Made by a program: the position numbers and the translations under genes. From NCBI GenBank assembly GCA_000004985.1, contig GG738857.1: a stretch of 64,000 bases of DNA; one strand, written 5' to 3'. This DNA is from Naegleria gruberi. Its lineage: Eukaryota. The notes below the pieces were generated by a model. The model saw only the letters and a program-made list of their open reading frames with translations, was not told where the DNA came from and ran no database searches. This document shows, in pieces, positions 1 to 11,705 of this stretch (positions within the stretch are counted from its first letter, which is position 1; the number at the start of each line of letters is the position of its first letter).

Positions 1-48
1 GAATGATGACATTTTAAAATTTCTGTCAAGTTTCAAGAATAATAAAAA

Positions 49-3000
49 ATGACAACTCCAGCCTTGGAGACATTATCAGTGTTAGAAAACACCGAATCAG
101 CAGAACCCTCACCACAAACCACAGAAACTACCAATGACATCCCAACTCAACCACAAACTATCCCATCAACTGAAACTATTCCTTCCCAATCTTCATCTCT
201 CGAAATGAATAATAATGCACAAGCAGATGAAAATGATGACGATGAAGATGATGATGAATCCACCAGTACAACCACCTCCTCATCCACCACTTTAACTTCC
301 CCAAGAAATGATCCATCACAACCTTCGTTATCCTCATCACACCATTCTAATAATAATATTCAGAAGGCTCTCCCAACTAATACCTATCGTTTGAGTAGGG
401 ACATTAGACAAACCATTACCAATTCAAAGCAACGTAGTCAATCTCTACTCAATAACAACAACATCAATAATACCCAGAGTGGAATTACGAGAGCAAGTGC
501 TTCTTCATCATCCTCTTCTTCGAGTGGCGCCAATTTTTCTGACTCGACAACTACAAAAAATGTAAAACATAGCGCGGAGAATGATTACAAGTATTATGAG
601 AGTGGTAGTAGTGTTGGTGTATCATCATCATCGTTGGAGGATGGAAAGAATGATGATTTGAGGACTCTGATGAGTACTCATATTGTTAATTTGGTTAATG
701 GTGATTCCAATTCTGATGATATTGTGAATCATACTAATAATAATAACAATAATAATGGTGAACAATTGTGTAGGACATTGGAAATTGAAATTGAAAAATC
801 CAAGACTGTCAATAAGTTTTTCATTGAGAATAGAGATGATAGTGCCATCAAGGATTTATTCTCTCAAAATTGTTTGCATTTGTATAATGGAGAGTTTACA
901 GTGTTGAAACATAATGAGAAGGATTATGTTGAGGCTCAACAGGAAAATGTTGCTAACAATGTAAGTTTTCATTCGGAATAGTTGTATCCGATACAGATGA
1001 TGTTTCTTAACTTTCAATTTGTAGACTAAATGTTTAATGTATCACGAACAAGGAAAGGATATTATGGATTTGGCAACAAAGAGGATTACTTTCCACCCAA
1101 ATGATTTTATAGAGGAGTAAGTGTTGTAATATTGAATATTTAAAAACTAAACATAATTGGAAATATAGTCAATTGAATCTATTGACAAAGATTTATAGAT
1201 TCCGATTGGAAGCAGGTGAATTGGAGCCTTATTTCTTATCGCTTGAACTTGTCAATGCTAAAACAAGAGCTAAAATCAGTGAAAGATTTTACTTCCACAT
1301 GACATCTCATCAGCTCATCAATAGTTTTTATGATGAATTGGATGTTAAGAAACAATTACAAAAACAATTGGACCACCAACCAAAAGCATTGTTTTCTCTA
1401 TCACATTTCTTGAAGGGAGAACCTTTGTCTGATGTTTATGCAGTTGTTTTTGTATTTAAAACATTACAAGGAGTTTCTACTGATCAAACACTCAAACAAT
1501 ATCAAGCAGGAAAGAAAAATCATACACTCACAAGGGATACACAATCCGAATGTCTTTCAGGTTCACAAACCTTTGATGATTTCCAAGGACTTAAATATCA
1601 CAAGGAACCTTTCTTATTTTCATTCTGTCCTGTCAAGGAAAGTGGTATTCATGCTATGAGATACTTTTTACCTGTGGAAAGTTTGTTCCAACTCATGAGT
1701 AGCAGTGAATCTGATGTTACAGAAGGAAGTGTTGGAACAAAGAAATTATCACACATTGATGCAGTGTGTGAAATTATCTCACAACAATCAGAGACGTTAC
1801 TTCACTTTTACACACCTCACAATGTTCATGAACGTAGTGAGTTAAAAGAGCAATTAGTTGCAGAAAGTGAACTTGCAAAGAAGAATATCAAAAAGTACAA
1901 GCCAGTTCCTGGTTATTTAGTTTTTGAAACTTACAAATTTAATCCAAAGAAATTTGAATCAGATCCAGTGGAAAGAGTTTTACTCTTTGGATCTGAACAA
2001 GAAAAACCAATGTTTACTACCAGTTCAGCAATTTCACTCGAAGAAGTAATAATCAAAATCCAACATAGAAATGGTAGTATTTTGAATCCTAGAGATCTAA
2101 CTCAAGAAAAGGAACTGAAAAAATGTTTGGCAGCCTCTGATTCTATCAGTTATCAAAATTACAAGATAGAAGAACTCCATGAAAAGCTTCCAAAATTCCC
2201 TCATTTTGATTTCTCACACTTGTTATATATTTCCCCACTAACTCTAAATTTGGAGAAATTCAAGATTGATTCACTTTCGTGTTTGGATGCTGATCCAGCT
2301 CTTTTGGAAACACTTGCAATTAAGAAATTCAAACCAAAGAACGTTCTGGTAAAAGTAGAATATAGAGAATCTATCAAAAAGACAGCCCAAAGAATTATAT
2401 CTCCACATGGACAATCACTTGTATCTGAAATTTACTGTAATGTATTATTCGATGAAGAAAAGATGGTTCGATTCCTAGATGAAATCAAAATTGCCTTACC
2501 ACTTCCAATGGAAAAAGAAAACCACTTGGTCATTTCATTCTATCATTTAGTTATCGAAAAACAAGGTCCAAAGAGAAAAAAGACCCTAGATAGCAATGGA
2601 AATGTGCCAAAGATTTGTTTTGGTTATGCCGTTCTCCCTATCAAGGACATTGTTGAAAATCACTGCTCCAAGATGACAGATTTTACATACACTTACACAT
2701 TACCTATCTATCAAAAATTGAGTGGAGATTATCTTTCAGATTCTAAACGTTTGAGTATTAGTGCATCTGCTAATATTGGATCAATGTCTCAAAAACGATA
2801 CGATATTAAGAAGGTTTCCTTTGTTTGTAACACGAGAATTGTTTCAACTATTTACCCTAACGAAAAACTTCTCCTTCAATTCTTTGCCGATTGTGCTCCT
2901 TTTATTAGTATCACAAAGGAAGGTTCTGACTCGAAAGAATTGTCTAGAGCGGTTAAAGACTGTAGAAAATCAATTGAGAATCTTACAAAAGTTCCATTCT

Positions 3001-3886
3001 CTAAATTAGTAAGCCATTTCACACTCATCATGGATATGTTGCTTAGTGTAATGTGTCGTATTCCAGATGTGATTCACACTTTTGTGAGCGAATCTGAACA
3101 ACAAGAACAGTCTGCACTCTTTGGTGATACTTCACATGGTTTGAGTTTGACTGGTTCTAGTGGCGAAGATGAAATGCTTAAATCAATTAGTGCCAGATTT
3201 GGACTTGCAGAAAGTACTTCTCCTGTTTCTAACTCTGCTTCACTGGAACACAAATCTCTCAGCTCAATCCTTGCAGCTAAAAGAAAATCTGTTACTAACA
3301 GTGTTACCAATAGCACCTCCTCATCTTCACAACATCTCAGTTTTACTACTCCTAATAATCCTTCTTCTGCTACTACTCCTTCAAGTCCAGGCTCTTCTGG
3401 TGAATTGAAAAAGAGATTCTCCCTCAAGAATATTCTCAAGAGAAAATCAAAGGAAGTTGAACCAACTCCAACTGCTTTGCACACTGCACCAACAAATGCA
3501 AAGAAAATTGCTCAACCAGGTGAAGAGGGTTTCAATTTAATAGAATATCTTAAAGCTCAACAAGAACAACAAGAACAAACTCAACACACACCAGAAGTTG
3601 CAATCCCTTCAAAGGAAGACAAATCAAAGAATGAAAAAATCAAGAGAAGAATGTCTCTCACTGATAGATTATTCAATAGAAACAAATCTCTTGATCAATC
3701 CAGTGAAGAAAGTAATACATCTCCAGTTGCTGAGGCAAACAATTCATCTTCAGGTGCTGTAAGAAAGAGTATTACCTTCACTGCTTCTAATACAGACTCT
3801 CGTGGAAGTCAATCTGATTTTGGTGATTTCCTTGGTGTTACAGCAACTTTGTTCGAATTACAGAAAACCGTTTTCCAAGTTATTGT
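49..3886 (+). CDS. Large Ser/Thr/Asn-rich hypothetical protein. Three exons: 49-960, 1025-1116, and 1169 to at least 3886. The 3' end is lost in an assembly gap.
   Basis: ORF-track entries 49..981 and 1173..4001 join in frame through two introns. Intron 1 runs 961-1024 (GTAAGT to tttgtag) and intron 2 runs 1117-1168 (GTAAGT to atatag). Exon 1 ends in phase 0; exon 2 carries 2 nt, completed by t1169. The protein has low-complexity N/S/T tracts. A segment HLVISFYHLVIEKQG...FGYAVLPIKD faintly resembles a C2/DHR-1-like region, but I could not assign a domain. Confidence 0.45.
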
Positions 3887-3986
3887 NNNNNNNNNNNNNN
3901 NNNNNNNNNNNNNNNNNNNNNNNNNNNNNNNNNNNNNNNNNNNNNNNNNNNNNNNNNNNNNNNNNNNNNNNNNNNNNNNNNNNNNN
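3887..3986. other. Assembly gap (100 N)
   Basis: Run of n characters. The flanking ORF reads through it as X residues, so the continuity of the flanking genes is unknown. Confidence 0.95.
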
Positions 3987-4041
3987 TCTTTGAATCTTTA
4001 AATTCTGTTGGTTCTTCCTTGATTTAATTTTGAAATCTTAC

Positions 4042-6765
4042 ATGTTAACACAACGTGAAAAGTGCGAAAAGAGAAGTGCTATGAATGATGTGGAATTCAA
4101 CTTGCTTTCGGAAAGAGAAAGAGAGGCACTCACCACTGATCATGGGTACAAGTTCACACTTTTGTTGAAAGAATTGATTGGAGCTTTAGCAGAAAAGGCT
4201 GTTTTCTATAAGGACGATTTTGCTAACTTCTTTGTTTCATCTCAAATTAACAATCAACTTGCCTTCTTCTTTAGAGATTTACTTGGCTGTGGTGATTTAA
4301 TCAAACATGAATATGTTTTCGATTTGATGGAAAGTTACTTTAGAGAATTCACAGTCAAAAAGCCAGTCACCATTAACACTATCAAGCTTTGTATTGATTT
4401 CTTGCAAATTTTATCTGACCATCCACAATTTGCTGAATTGAACTTGTCAATCTTCCATCCAAAGGAATATATTTATCATGAATCAATTCTTTGTCCACCA
4501 GTCAAACTTTTGGTCAATCTTATTAGAGATTGTATCACCAAGTTTAAGAGTGAAATTGATGTACACAACAGTGCTATCAAAGTTCTCAGATATATTCTCA
4601 CTAAGGAGGAATATACTCATCTTTCAATTCCAAATGTAACAACAACAAGGGCTGAATTAATTGCTAGAATCTATTTCCCATATATTGTCATGTTGTTGAA
4701 GAATTTCCATGCCTTGGAATCTCTTCCTGAAATGACCACAAGACAGCACTTGAAATGCTCAGTTTGGATTTTATCTAATGTAAACTCTCAATTCTTTGAT
4801 GATTGGATCAAAACATCTGATCAAAATGTTGTTGATAACTTGGTCAAATTATTAGCTTTCTATTTGGACCATTTCGAAATCAAAGGAAGAGTTAAATACG
4901 AAACAAGTTCATTCAAAGCATTCCAACTCGTCTTTTCTAGACTTAGTAACCACCTCAAAGAAAGGGTTGTATCTATTATTGAACAGTTTAGCGATGACAT
5001 CAAGGTATTTGAACCTTCACACAGAGACTTGTCATCATTCATCAAGATGGACATTAGAGATTGTGAAGGTGCCAAATATCAAACAGATAACGGTATGAGC
5101 GAGAAAGATTTCATTGGCTACATTATGTTTACAATTGCAAAAATTATGCAAATTGTATCAATAGGAAGGCAAAAGAAAGTTAGTTTGGATATGGAAGAAA
5201 CTAGTATTGATTTAATTTCTTATTATGTCGAGCTTTTTACTCCAGTTTTCAGAGCTAATCCAAACAGTACTTACTGGAAATGGCTGTATGGAGCTCTTCT
5301 CTCTGGAAAGGAATTCTCTATGGCTACTGTAGAAGGTATCCTTGCAGGTGCAAGCGATACACTCTATGAAAAATTGATCAACATTTTGGAAAGAGTTTAC
5401 GAAAAAGATATCATCAATGTTGACAATCTATCAAAACTATTTGATGATTCAAGCGTCGCTGAAAGCGAAATTATTCTTGATGAGGAAAACAAAATCAAGG
5501 CATCCACTTTGAACAGACTTGTTGCACGTGTTTGTGATCAGAATAATAGTGGTGATTCCAAATTTACTGACACATTCTTAGTGACCTATCGTTCTTTCTG
5601 TACTCCTGAAACTCTACTCACATTAATGATGAGCTACTTTGAATATCATGTATTGCCTAAAGGTGATCAAGAAATTAATAGTAACAATAAGACTCTTGTT
5701 CTGAGAATGTTGAACACTATAAGATTATGGGTTCAAGATCACAGTTATGACTTTAATAATTGTCTCAATGCTTCAATGATGCACTTTATCTATCAACAAG
5801 TTGGTAGATTGTGTGTTATTGAAAAATCATCAAACTCTGGTTATATTAGTATTGCTAATAAGATTAAGGAAAGAATAGAAGCCAATCTTGTTTGTAATGG
5901 CGAATCTCGTGAAAAGTTGGAAAAGATGTTCAGTCGTGAAAGACCTCAACCAAAATATCCATCCAAATGGAGTGAAGCATACGAAAAGAAAGCATTCAGT
6001 ATCAAGCAATGGGATCCTCAAGAAATTGCCAAGCAAATCACTCTCTTGGACAGTGTAATTTTCACAGCCATTGAACCAAAAGAATTCTTTGGTCTTGGTT
6101 GGACAAAGAAGGACAAGATGATCAGAGCTCCAAACATTGTTCACCTCACTGATCAATTCAATAATTTATCAATGTTCGTTACCTCGGATATTGCCTGTGA
6201 GGAAAATCTTAAGAAGAGAGTAAGAAAAGTCAAACAATGGATCAATGTTGCTTGGGAATGCAAAAATCTTAATAATTTGAATGGTTGTAACTCTATTGTT
6301 TCTGCTTTCAACAATGCAGGTATTCACAGACTTAAAAAGACCTGGGATGCCATTCCAAAGAAAGACATTGAGAATGACAGATTAAGACAATTGAATGAGC
6401 TTGTCTCAATGACCAGTTCTTACAAGAATATGAGAGAACATATGTCCAGATCAGGTGAAGGTATTCCATACATTGGTATCTATTTAACTGATATGGTTTT
6501 CATTGAAGATGGTAATAAGGATTACATTACAAAGGAAAATTCCGATTTACAATTAATCAACTTTGCCAAGAGACGTAAAATTGCAGAAGTTATTCAAAGA
6601 ATCAAAACTCAACAACAAACTCTTTATGATTTCATTCCAATTCCATTTTTACAAAGAACTTTTGATTTCTCATCATTGACCGATGAAGAGAAGACTAAGA
6701 CATTATTATCCGATGACGTTATTTGGAACAAATCACTTGTAATTGAACCAAGAGAAAACAAATAA
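4042..6765 (+). CDS. Ras guanine-nucleotide exchange factor with a RasGEF N-terminal (REM) domain and a CDC25-homology domain
   Basis: Continuous ORF. The REM-like motif is FTDTFLVTYRSFCTPETLLTLMMSYF. The CDC25-domain signatures include WDPQEIAKQITLLDSVIF, RLKKTWDAIPKK and GIPYIGIYLTDMVFIEDGN, which matches the GNPD-loop region of RasGEFs. The first in-frame ATG is at 4042, with the nearest upstream in-frame stop at 3991. Confidence 0.8.
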   Translation: MLTQREKCEKRSAMNDVEFNLLSEREREALTTDHGYKFTLLLKELIGALAEKAVFYKDDFANFFVSSQINNQLAFFFRDLLGCGDLIKHEYVFDLMESYFREFTVKKPVTINTIKLCIDFLQILSDHPQFAELNLSIFHPKEYIYHESILCPPVKLLVNLIRDCITKFKSEIDVHNSAIKVLRYILTKEEYTHLSIPNVTTTRAELIARIYFPYIVMLLKNFHALESLPEMTTRQHLKCSVWILSNVNSQFFDDWIKTSDQNVVDNLVKLLAFYLDHFEIKGRVKYETSSFKAFQLVFSRLSNHLKERVVSIIEQFSDDIKVFEPSHRDLSSFIKMDIRDCEGAKYQTDNGMSEKDFIGYIMFTIAKIMQIVSIGRQKKVSLDMEETSIDLISYYVELFTPVFRANPNSTYWKWLYGALLSGKEFSMATVEGILAGASDTLYEKLINILERVYEKDIINVDNLSKLFDDSSVAESEIILDEENKIKASTLNRLVARVCDQNNSGDSKFTDTFLVTYRSFCTPETLLTLMMSYFEYHVLPKGDQEINSNNKTLVLRMLNTIRLWVQDHSYDFNNCLNASMMHFIYQQVGRLCVIEKSSNSGYISIANKIKERIEANLVCNGESREKLEKMFSRERPQPKYPSKWSEAYEKKAFSIKQWDPQEIAKQITLLDSVIFTAIEPKEFFGLGWTKKDKMIRAPNIVHLTDQFNNLSMFVTSDIACEENLKKRVRKVKQWINVAWECKNLNNLNGCNSIVSAFNNAGIHRLKKTWDAIPKKDIENDRLRQLNELVSMTSSYKNMREHMSRSGEGIPYIGIYLTDMVFIEDGNKDYITKENSDLQLINFAKRRKIAEVIQRIKTQQQTLYDFIPIPFLQRTFDFSSLTDEEKTKTLLSDDVIWNKSLVIEPRENK

Positions 6766-6909
6766 ATTTATGCTATTACTCAACCAACAATTTTATTTAG
6801 CAGATAACTCGTTTTCTCAAGTAAATTCTCACTCTCATTGATGAGATCCATGAAATATTAATAAACCAAGTCACTTCTAATCAATTCCGATAATTAATCA
6901 ATAAACAAA

Positions 6910-7977
6910 ATGAGTCAACAACCATTGCTAACCCAAGTCAATTCAATTACAAAGGAAGAAATTGAATCAATGAAATTTATGCTTCCTCCTAGAAAGTTAC
7001 TCGTCCAAAAATTAACTTCCTACATTGAGGAGGATATTCCAGCATTTGATGTGAGTGCAGCCATCGTTGGAGATTCCATCAAGACATCTACGATATTCTA
7101 CAAGAAATCGAATAATGATTTCAATTCCGATACTTTACCAATTATTATGAGTGGTATTCCAATTTTGACAGTTTTATTCGAAGATTGTTTTCCAAATTTG
7201 AAAGTAAATTGGCTTGTTGGAGAAGGTGATAATTTGAATGATGAGGCAACCATTTCGAATTTATTGAAATTATATGGAAGTCTTAAATATCCAACTCAGA
7301 GTCAATGTGAGAAGAAACTTAAAGTTCCAATTGCCATTGTGGAAGGTCCTGTTTATCAATTATTACAAGTGGAAAGATTATGTCTCAATATCTTGTCACA
7401 TTTGACAGGAATTTCCTCAATTTCCAGAAAAGTTCAAAATCTAGTCCTTTCAGAAATTGAAAAGAATGGAGCTAAATTCAGAGGAGAAATTGCTGCCACT
7501 AGAAAGACAACTCCTGGATTGAGACATTTCGAAAAGTATGCAGTGATGGTTGGTGGATGTAAGCCACACCGAATGGATCTATCCCAAATGGTCATGTTGA
7601 AGGATAATCATGTGGATGCATGTGGTGGATCAATTTCTAAATGTGTTAAAAGAGCAAGATCACTCTGTGGATGTAATACTCAGAAAATTGAAGTGGAATG
7701 CAGATCACTGCAAGATGCTAGGGAGGCAGCTCAAGCTGGAGCTGACATTGTCATGTTGGATAATTTCAATGCTGTGCAAGCTAGAGATGCTTCTGATGTG
7801 TTAGTTAAAGAATTTCCAAATCTTGTGATTGAAGTGAGTGGAGGATTGAATCCAGAAACAGTTTTGGAATATTTGAAGGAATGTTCGAATGTTCATGTTC
7901 TTTCGATGGGAATTTTAACAGAAGGAGGTGGAATTAAGGTTGATTTTTCAATGAAAATTACAGAAACAACACAATAA
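6910..7977 (+). CDS. QPRT: Quinolinate phosphoribosyltransferase (nicotinate-nucleotide pyrophosphorylase, carboxylating)
   Basis: A single ORF of 355 aa. Conserved QPRTase blocks are IAATRKTTPGLRHFEKYAVMVGGCKPHRMDLSQMVMLKDNH, IEVECRSLQDAREAAQAGADIVMLDNF and EVSGGLNPETVLEY. Confidence 0.85.
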   Translation: MSQQPLLTQVNSITKEEIESMKFMLPPRKLLVQKLTSYIEEDIPAFDVSAAIVGDSIKTSTIFYKKSNNDFNSDTLPIIMSGIPILTVLFEDCFPNLKVNWLVGEGDNLNDEATISNLLKLYGSLKYPTQSQCEKKLKVPIAIVEGPVYQLLQVERLCLNILSHLTGISSISRKVQNLVLSEIEKNGAKFRGEIAATRKTTPGLRHFEKYAVMVGGCKPHRMDLSQMVMLKDNHVDACGGSISKCVKRARSLCGCNTQKIEVECRSLQDAREAAQAGADIVMLDNFNAVQARDASDVLVKEFPNLVIEVSGGLNPETVLEYLKECSNVHVLSMGILTEGGGIKVDFSMKITETTQ

Positions 7978-8016
7978 ACTCTTTCAATGTAAATAAATTA
8001 GTTTGTTGTTTTTATT

Positions 8017-9207
8017 TTAGGTTTGGAAATCTTGGAGAGCATCATCAATATTCTTAATGAACCCCATTTGTTCGAGAATGAAACATTCCATACCAGTTCT
8101 AAAGCTTGAAGCAGTATCACTGGTCATTTCTCTTGTTAACCAATCAGCTGGAACATCTGAAGTAGTAGGATTGATAAAACCATTCAGTTCTCTATTGAAT
8201 GCTGATTGGAAAGCCAATCTAGAGACTGTCCACAAATCGAAGGACGAATCACGCATAGTTTTGAAAACTTCATCAACTGTCTGAATGTTTGAAAATTTCA
8301 TATTATTTTCCTCAGTGACATATTCAAAACCAGACTTTTCACCTCTAGGTGATGCCATTGGTGATGAAAGAGGGGAAGATGTAGCATAGAAAACAGACAA
8401 GTTTTCTGTAGATTCAAAACTAGAATGTGATCCAACAGATGGCAATGAAGTTGTTGAGTGAGTCTTCATAAGGACAGAGCTGGTGTTGGTCATTGATGAA
8501 TAATCAATAACACCACCAGGAGTATCATTTGATGTGAGAGCTGCCAATTGAATTGTCAAAATTTGCAAAGCATCGTTTTCATCTAAAATTCTCTCTTGTA
8601 AATTCTCAAATCTAATTCCAAAGAAATCCAATGGATCAACTCCATGTTCTTTCAATGTTTTCATTGCATCAATAGCAGACATTACTCCAGCATATTGACA
8701 ACTGCCATATTTACACTTTTGCAAAACACAAATACCTTTGTGATTAAGTAGGAAGGGATTTTCAAATTTGTAAATAAAGATATTTTTAATAAAAGAACTA
8801 AAAAAGGACTTACCAGAAACTCTTTGAAAGAAATCGGCTAGGTTCTTCGATTGACTAACAATATCAGACAACTTGTGAGTAATAGATGGAGTTTTCTCTT
8901 CCTTCTGTTGTTGAAGAGAATTGTTTTCAAAGGCAGTACTAGTACTCGCCGTTGTTGACACTTTGCTTGGTCTTCTACTGTCTATGATTGACCTCTTTCT
9001 CAATCCAGTTTTTATCATTACATGGCCATACTTCAATGAGGACCAAGATTTAAGTTTAAAGATCTTTATCACAATGAATATTGTCAATGCTAATAACGAC
9101 ACAAAGATGGGTATGATAATATCCTTATGTTGACGAAGGGATTCCTCCACAAGTGAATGTGGCAGTAAACTGTTAGCATGTGGTGCTGTTGATGGTTGCG
9201 AATTCAT
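8017..9207 (-). CDS. Hypothetical membrane-associated Ser-rich protein
   Basis: Continuous minus-strand ORF. ATG at 9207-9205. One predicted TM segment (DIIIPIFVSLLALTIFIVIKIF). A Cys-rich block reads GICVLQKCKYGSCQYAG. I could not recognise a family. Confidence 0.4.
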   Translation of the reverse strand: MNSQPSTAPHANSLLPHSLVEESLRQHKDIIIPIFVSLLALTIFIVIKIFKLKSWSSLKYGHVMIKTGLRKRSIIDSRRPSKVSTTASTSTAFENNSLQQQKEEKTPSITHKLSDIVSQSKNLADFFQRVSGKSFFSSFIKNIFIYKFENPFLLNHKGICVLQKCKYGSCQYAGVMSAIDAMKTLKEHGVDPLDFFGIRFENLQERILDENDALQILTIQLAALTSNDTPGGVIDYSSMTNTSSVLMKTHSTTSLPSVGSHSSFESTENLSVFYATSSPLSSPMASPRGEKSGFEYVTEENNMKFSNIQTVDEVFKTMRDSSFDLWTVSRLAFQSAFNRELNGFINPTTSDVPADWLTREMTSDTASSFRTGMECFILEQMGFIKNIDDALQDFQT

Positions 9208-10107
9208 TATATATTGAGGTTGCAGTTTGTATTTTCTCTCTCTTAAAACTCTCAAGATGATCACAAAATCACTCGGAATTTGATGTTACACAAAAAGGGG
9301 AAGACTGTACAGTAGGGGTTGTTGGTCAGGACCTTGTCTCAAAGCCTTGTTGTTGTATTTTTTTCTTGTGTTGTTTTTAGTCTTCTTCATGCTTGAGAAA
9401 AAGCCTATGGAAGTTTTCTACTCGTTTTTGTTGGATGCACATTTTCGGTACTTGAAAAGGTTTATTGATAGACTTTTTAGAGCGATGAAAAAGTAGACTT
9501 CGCCAAAAAAGTAGGCCATCAGGATAGTTTCCAAAAAATCTTTGTAGATAGCATAGAGTTGTTGAGCCTGGAGGATGATCATGGCATGATGACAATAAAT
9601 ATCAACTTTTTAATGTTATTATTGATTGGATTTGAGTGCAGTATCTCGAAGAGTAAAAAGGCGAATAGTTAATTGAGGAAGAAACATAACTTTCATGAAA
9701 TTCCAAATGACAATTGCACTCGTTGTAATAAAGATGAAGATCTTTACAATCATGACCCAAAAAGTAGTTTAGAGAGCCAGTTTCGTCCAGTTCCATTTTT
9801 GATGAATTCCAATTTTTGTATAAAAGATAGTTTTGAGTTGCAATCTGTGTTTGTCAAGACTTTTTTCAAGTACATTTATTCAAATTAAAATCAAATAAGA
9901 ATGGATTTTTGATCTGATTATGGTGTTGATAATTTCTTAATAAATTTTAAAGGTCTTATTTAGTAGTTCGACTATTTTGCTCGATTATCTCAGATACAGA
10001 TATTGCAATACTGTAGAGCTTGTTCATTGTATAATTTTAAATTGAAGAAAAATCAGCTGTCTATTTGGTTTTTATATGGAGTGAAAACGAGTCAAATGAA
10101 AAGGTTA

Positions 10108-10984
10108 CTATTTAGAGCTGTCATGATTGTAAGGCACATCCAAACAAAAACCAGTATCAAATCCACTCGTTACCTTGTCCTTTCTGTATCCCAACTGATT
10201 ACTCACAATGAGTGTCTTCTTCTTCATAAATTTACAATTGAAATGTGTGTGACCGAATGCCCAGAGATTGATATTACGATTTCTATCAATTAAATAGAGT
10301 AAATCACTGGAAAAGGCAGTTTTTAAATTGCAATTCTTGAATCTTGGATCAGAGGTTTGTTTGGTGAGAGGAGCATGATGAGTCAAGACAATTATTGTTT
10401 CATTTCTGGATTTGGATTCAATGATTTCCTTTGTGAGCCATTCCACTTCTTCCAAATGCATTTTGGTCACGTCTGTGGTTTTCAATGGACGTTGCTGACC
10501 ATCTTCTTGGTCAATTATGGTAATATTCTTGTAGTCGTTAACATTTTGTGAAATTTCCTCAGAATGTTTCTCATCAATATTAGTCCACAATGTACATCCC
10601 AATATTCTCAATGATTGACCATTTTCTTCATCAATCAATAATGATGTTTTATCAAGAAATGTCACATTTTCATATTGAGAACAAATGGATTTAATTCTCT
10701 CCTTTGTAGACAATATTTCACTTATAATTGTTTTAAAAATTACAATTCCAATTTCATAATATTTACCTTCCATAAAATTCATGATTTCCAGCAATTACAA
10801 AAATCCTTCCAAATCCGTAAACATTCACACATTTTCCAATAAATTCTTCATATTTATCACTTGATGCCAGTGCAATATCTCCCAATAATGCCAACGTTTT
10901 ATCATGATTTCCTTCGGAGGAGAAAACAGGCTCCAAACAATTGGCCTTCTCCAAGTGAATATCTGAGGCAATGACTAATTTCAT
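10108..10984 (-). CDS. Calcineurin-like metallophosphoesterase. Two exons: 10984-10767 and 10720-10108.
   Basis: Exon 1 carries the IASDIHLE and GNHEFY motifs. A 46-nt intron (10766-10721, GTAAAT to tataag) joins two ORFs that sit in different frames. 46 mod 3 equals 1, which fits the 190-nt offset between them. The downstream exon has LWAFGHTHFN, the GHxH motif. Confidence 0.6.
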
Positions 10985-11705
10985 TTTTTTAAAGTTTGGA
11001 TTTTCAATTTTGAAATGAACATTTTACAATCAATGACGAATTTGATTTTTTTCAAATCTTTCAATTATGAAATGAATTGTTGTACTTTAATTAGAATTGG
11101 TTCTAACAAACGTATTGAATTAAAAGTGATGAAATGTGTTAAATTTTCACAAGCACTTCATGAATAATGTTAAAAATTCACTCAACCACAAAACTGTAAA
11201 TATATCATTGTTACTTATTCACAAGTCCACTAATCATATCAAATATTTTAAATATCAAAACAAGATCTTACCTGCCGATTAGAACCTTTACAATAAATTC
11301 TTCAAAAAGCTCTTCAAAATCCTTTTCAGAATGTCTTTCCCACTTTCATCCGTCTCGTCCTTTTTCTAATTTCCAATCCGGTAACTTTTACTCGTGTTGT
11401 CTCTTGTCCAACACCTTTTTGCTGTTACAATCTGTCAATTGTTATTTGATTTTATTGACAATAAACCAGTACCCACCACTTCCGATCTATCAATGTATAT
11501 TGTATTGTGTTCATTCAGTGATCCTCAACACAATCTTCATAGCAAAGCCTTTGATGAACACTTGCAAAAAACAACACAGAAAAAAAAAGGCTTGCTTGAG
11601 GTTACGCACCGATTTTTATCTTATTATTGCACCAGGGGAAGAACAGAGAGCAAGAAGTTAATAACACTTGAAAAGTATAATAACAAACATAATCGGAGAA
11701 GTAAA

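Noticed and set aside
1432-3484. Many small ORFs overlapping or antisense to long genes, for example 1432..1659, 2761..3009, 3074..3484 and 3160..3408
   Set aside because: They lie inside much longer, domain-bearing ORFs in another frame or strand. They have no motifs and no independent support, so I treat them as spurious ORFs. The same applies to similar 60-100-aa ORFs elsewhere.
49-4001. Treating ORFs 49..981 and 1173..4001 as two separate genes
   Set aside because: GTAAGT donors at 961 and 1117, with matching acceptors and preserved phase, join them with a 92-nt middle exon into one reading frame. The VSFHSE* tail of the first ORF is intron read-through.
8795-8812. Apparent GTAAGT...ttttttag pair inside the 8017-9207 gene on the minus strand
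   Set aside because: The interval is only 16 nt and the ORF is continuous through it (SGKSFFSS). This is too short for a spliceosomal intron, so I kept it as coding.
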